Of a stretch of DNA of 64,000 nucleotides, positions 60,812-64,000 are shown piece by piece. The notes under the pieces were generated by a model, which saw only the letters and a program-made list of their open reading frames with translations, made no database searches and was not told the DNA's origin. The position numbers were made by a program, and so were the translations under genes. The stretch spans positions 448,001-512,000 of the forward strand of contig CAVZMH010000016.1 in NCBI GenBank assembly GCA_963776345.1. Direction: 5' to 3'. Each line of letters opens with the position of its first letter. Position 1 is the stretch's first letter. Origin of the DNA: an uncultured delta proteobacterium (lineage in GTDB: Bacteria; Myxococcota; Myxococcia; Myxococcales; Myxococcaceae).

Positions 60812-63298
60812 ATGAACGACTCCGCCCCCGCCCGAGCGACCCCGGAGCCCGAGCTCTCCGCGCCGCTCGCCCCGATGCCGCGGGAGCTCACCGTCCGGGG
60901 CCTGGTGCTGGGGAGCGTCCTGGGGGTCCTGTTCGCCGCGAGCTCGGTCTACCTCTCGGTGAAGGTGGGCCTCACGGTCTCTGCCTCCATCCCGGTGGCC
61001 GTGCTGTCCATCGCGCTGTTCCGGGTCGCCGGCCGCTCGTCGGTGCTCGAGAACTGCATGGTCCAGACCACGGGCTCGGCGGGCGAGTCGCTGGCCTTCG
61101 GCGCAGCCACCGCGCTGCCGGCCCTGCTCCTGATGGGCTACGACCTGAGCTTCGGCCACATGCTCCTGGTGGCGCTGCTCGGGGGGCTCCTCGGCGTGCT
61201 CCTGATGATCCCGCTCCGGCACGGGCTGGTCGTCCAGGAGCACGCGACCCTCACCTTCCCCGAGGGAACGGCCTGCGCCGAGGTGCTGGTGGCCGGGGAC
61301 CGCGGCGGCACCACTGCACGCCTGGTCGTCTCGGGATTCCTGATCGGCGCGGTGTACAAGACGCTCTACGCGGCGCTGAAGCTGTGGCGCGAGACGGTGG
61401 GCGGGCTCCTCGGCTCGGTGCAGCGGCTCCCGGACGGCAACGTCGTCCGGCACGGCTTCCCTGGCGCCTCGGTGTCGATGGAGGTCAGCCCCGAGCTCCT
61501 GGGCGTCGGCTACATCATCGGGCCGCGGATCGCCGGGATCACCTTCGCCGGCGGCGTGCTCAGCTACCTGCTGTTCATCCCGCTCATCCACTTCTTCGGC
61601 GACGGGCTGTCCACGCCGCTCCTCTCGCCGGACGGCGCGCTGATCCGGGACATGGGGCCGGACGAGGTGCACCGGACCTATGTGCTGTACATCGGCGCCG
61701 GCGCGGTGGCGACCGGCGGGCTCATCAGCCTGTTCCGCTCGATGCCGGCCATCGTCCGGGCGTTCCGGCGGAGCGTCCGGACCTTCCTCGACGCGCGCCG
61801 CGGCCAGTCGGTGCAGGTGCCGCGCACCGAGCAGGACCTGCCGATCACCGTGGTGGCGGGCGGGACGGTGCTCCTCTTCCTCGCCGTGTGGTGGGCGCCG
61901 CCCTTGCACGTCAACCTGTTCTCGGCGGTGCTGGTGATGGTGGCGGGGTTCTTCTTCGTCACCGTCTCGGCGCGCATCACCGGGGAGATCGGCAGCTCGT
62001 CGAGCCCCACCTCCGGCATGACGGTGGCCACGCTGCTCTCGACTTGCCTCCTGTACCTGCTGCTCGGGTGGACGTCCCCGGCGGACCGCTTCATGGCGCT
62101 GACCACCGCGGCCATCGTCGGCATGGCGGCGAGCAACGGCGGCACGACCGCGCAGGACCTCAAGACGGCGTACATCGTCGGGGCGACGCCGAGCCGGCAG
62201 CAGATCGCCATCCTGGTCGGCGTGGTCACCTCGGCGCTGTGCGTGGGCCCGGTGCTCGCGGCGGTGAATCGCGGCGCGACCGCGACGGTGCCCGAGGTCC
62301 ATCCGGGCGTCCGGGTCACGCACCCCAGCGAGGAGCGCGTGGTGCAGCGGGAGTTCCCCTTCCGGCCGAACCCTGGGGCGCTCTCCGCGTCGACCCTCAC
62401 CGGCGAGGAGCTGTTCCAGCAGCTGTGGGGCCGTGGCCTGGAGGTCCGACTGGATGGCGACGGCGCTCCGGTCGCGATCCGCACGTTCCGTCAGGACCTC
62501 ACCGCCCCGGCGCTCGCCGGGGCGGAGGTCCGGGCCCGGGAGGAGCACCTCGGTGAGCCGCTCTCGGCCCGGACGACGCTCGGAGCGCTAGGGGCGGTGG
62601 GAGCGCCGGTCGAGCGACAGCTCCACGCCGGTTTCGTCCGCAACGACGCGCCGATCCCCACCGGCAAGTACCTGAGCACGGACGACGGGACGATCGAGTA
62701 CGTGGTGGACCCGGGCATCGGCGGCCGGGTGGACGAGGTCCACGGGGTCAAGCTCACGCGCTACGAGGCCCCCAAGGCACGGCTGTTCTCGCTCATCGTG
62801 GACGGGGTGCTGACCCGGAAGCTCCCCTGGGATCTGGTCCTGCTCGGGGTCGCGCTGGCCTTCATGCTGGAGGTGGCGGGCGTGGCGGCGCTTCCTTTCG
62901 CGGTGGGCGTGTACCTGCCGATCTCCACCTCGGCGCCCCTCTTCGTCGGGGGCATCGTCCGGTGGTGGGTCGATCGGCGGGGTGCCCGGCCGGAGTCGGA
63001 CGCGAGCCCGGGGACCCTGCTCTCCTCGGGCTACATCGCCGGCGGCTCCCTGGCGGGGGTGGTGATCAACCTCCTCCACATCCCCGAGGGGGGCTGGATG
63101 GACGCCCTGGATCTCCCGGCGCGGCTCGCCGGGCATCCCGGGTGGCTCCCCCGGCTGGTGGAGGCCCTGGGCGACTCGCCCCGGGCCCACCCGATCTGGT
63201 CGATCGTCTTCGGGTTGTCACTCTTCGGGGCGCTGGCGGTGCACCTCGGGCGGGTGGCGCTCCGGACCCGGGCGCCGGAAGGGTCGCATTCGGTCTAG
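60812..63298 (+). CDS. OPT family oligopeptide transporter
   Basis: LTVSASIP, QTTGSAGE, FPEGTACA, SSSPTSG, QDLKT and PFAVGVYLP. Confidence 0.94.
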   Translation: MNDSAPARATPEPELSAPLAPMPRELTVRGLVLGSVLGVLFAASSVYLSVKVGLTVSASIPVAVLSIALFRVAGRSSVLENCMVQTTGSAGESLAFGAATALPALLLMGYDLSFGHMLLVALLGGLLGVLLMIPLRHGLVVQEHATLTFPEGTACAEVLVAGDRGGTTARLVVSGFLIGAVYKTLYAALKLWRETVGGLLGSVQRLPDGNVVRHGFPGASVSMEVSPELLGVGYIIGPRIAGITFAGGVLSYLLFIPLIHFFGDGLSTPLLSPDGALIRDMGPDEVHRTYVLYIGAGAVATGGLISLFRSMPAIVRAFRRSVRTFLDARRGQSVQVPRTEQDLPITVVAGGTVLLFLAVWWAPPLHVNLFSAVLVMVAGFFFVTVSARITGEIGSSSSPTSGMTVATLLSTCLLYLLLGWTSPADRFMALTTAAIVGMAASNGGTTAQDLKTAYIVGATPSRQQIAILVGVVTSALCVGPVLAAVNRGATATVPEVHPGVRVTHPSEERVVQREFPFRPNPGALSASTLTGEELFQQLWGRGLEVRLDGDGAPVAIRTFRQDLTAPALAGAEVRAREEHLGEPLSARTTLGALGAVGAPVERQLHAGFVRNDAPIPTGKYLSTDDGTIEYVVDPGIGGRVDEVHGVKLTRYEAPKARLFSLIVDGVLTRKLPWDLVLLGVALAFMLEVAGVAALPFAVGVYLPISTSAPLFVGGIVRWWVDRRGARPESDASPGTLLSSGYIAGGSLAGVVINLLHIPEGGWMDALDLPARLAGHPGWLPRLVEALGDSPRAHPIWSIVFGLSLFGALAVHLGRVALRTRAPEGSHSV

Positions 63299-63310
63299 AA
63301 TCATGATCCG

Positions 63311-64000
63311 TTGACTGCCGCACCGGACGCCGCTCCCGCCATCGATCCGCTCTCCGACCCGGAGAACCGGCAGCGGCTCGAGCTGGCGAAGGCCTTTGCC
63401 TTCCAGCTGCTGAAGGGGATCAAGCAGATCGGCATGTACCGGCACAACGAGGCCCGGTACACCGAGTACCTGGACAAGGCGCACGAGGCGGTCAAGCAGT
63501 ACACCGAGCGTTACGGGCCGCTGGTCTTCAAGGTCGAGCAGCAGAACTTCACGCTGTTCGAGCAGCCGCTCTTCGGCGAGGACACCACCCTCCCCTTCAA
63601 GTTCTGGCGCGACGGGATCCGCCAGTTCATCTTCCGGCCGGGTCTACGGCCCGACGAGCTGCTCACCTTCACCCTGGTCGCCCTGAGTGACGTGGAGAAG
63701 CAGGGCGAGGACACCGTGGCCCAGCTCTGGCGCTCGCCGCTGGACCACCTCGAGTACGTGGTGGTGGAGGGCTTCAAGGTCGACGGCTTCGACGACGAGG
63801 AGGTGCAGATCTCCGTCGACCGGATCGTCGACTACCTCTATTCGCGGCTGCGCAGCCACTCGGACGACTTCCTCCGCTTCGCCCGGGTGAGCGCCGAGGA
63901 CCTCGAGCTCAAGCTGGAGGGCGTGGACCAGGTCCGGGGCGCGGTCGTCGCCGGGACGACGGCGAGCGACGAGCTGAAGGCCCGGCTGCAGAAGGAGATC
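63311..64000 (+). CDS. Hypothetical helical protein, probably the N-terminus of a myxobacterial HEAT-repeat protein (truncated)
   Basis: Open frame from TTG 63311 to the window end (LLKGIKQIGMYRHN...FWRDGIRQFIF); absent from the track because it has no stop. Confidence 0.7.
   Translation, partial: MTAAPDAAPAIDPLSDPENRQRLELAKAFAFQLLKGIKQIGMYRHNEARYTEYLDKAHEAVKQYTERYGPLVFKVEQQNFTLFEQPLFGEDTTLPFKFWRDGIRQFIFRPGLRPDELLTFTLVALSDVEKQGEDTVAQLWRSPLDHLEYVVVEGFKVDGFDDEEVQISVDRIVDYLYSRLRSHSDDFLRFARVSAEDLELKLEGVDQVRGAVVAGTTASDELKARLQKEI

Noticed and set aside
57872..62548. 1558-aa minus ORF and similar Arg/Gly/Pro-rich long ORFs such as 41950-45801
   Set aside because: They overlap well-supported genes on the other strand or frame and have no motifs. 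Stop-codon scarcity explains them.

Overview
High-GC bacterial chromosome segment, very likely a myxobacterium (Myxococcota). The evidence is an EspA-type FHA-PAS hybrid kinase, a giant TPR protein, an MJ0042 zinc-finger/TPR protein and a divergent DnaK paralogue. The left ~21 kb is accessory-like. It holds a clade II (Sec/lipoprotein-type) nosZ-nosD pair divergent from a cytochrome c-fasciclin-RIC operon, a DUF3300-DUF2950-alpha-amylase cluster, a cysteine synthase-rhodanese pair, a non-canonical tRNA-like gene, several secreted hypothetical proteins, a di-haem cytochrome c peroxidase and tRNA-Val(CAC). The rest is mostly housekeeping: lysC, hutH, tmk, pcm, recG, greA, carB, an aminotransferase, coaD, rsmD, typA, a stand-alone rplC, a MoxR-DUF58-transglutaminase trio and an OPT transporter. 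Most interesting: (1) Cys-rich short ORFs with tandem TGT codons in front of both the cysteine synthase and the rhodanese, a candidate two-stage cysteine-sensing attenuator; (2) a mirror-symmetric divergent nos control region with two sigma54-like promoters, two copies of an operator I do not recognise (TCAnTGGA-N8-TCCATyGA) and a central GCGCA-N5-TGCGC palindrome; (3) a tRNA-like gene with a Pro anticodon but without Pro identity elements; (4) a 122-bp hairpin element. Two genes carry single-base frameshifts that look like assembly errors. No CRISPR array, transposase or integrase was seen. All family calls come from motif recognition by eye, not database searches.
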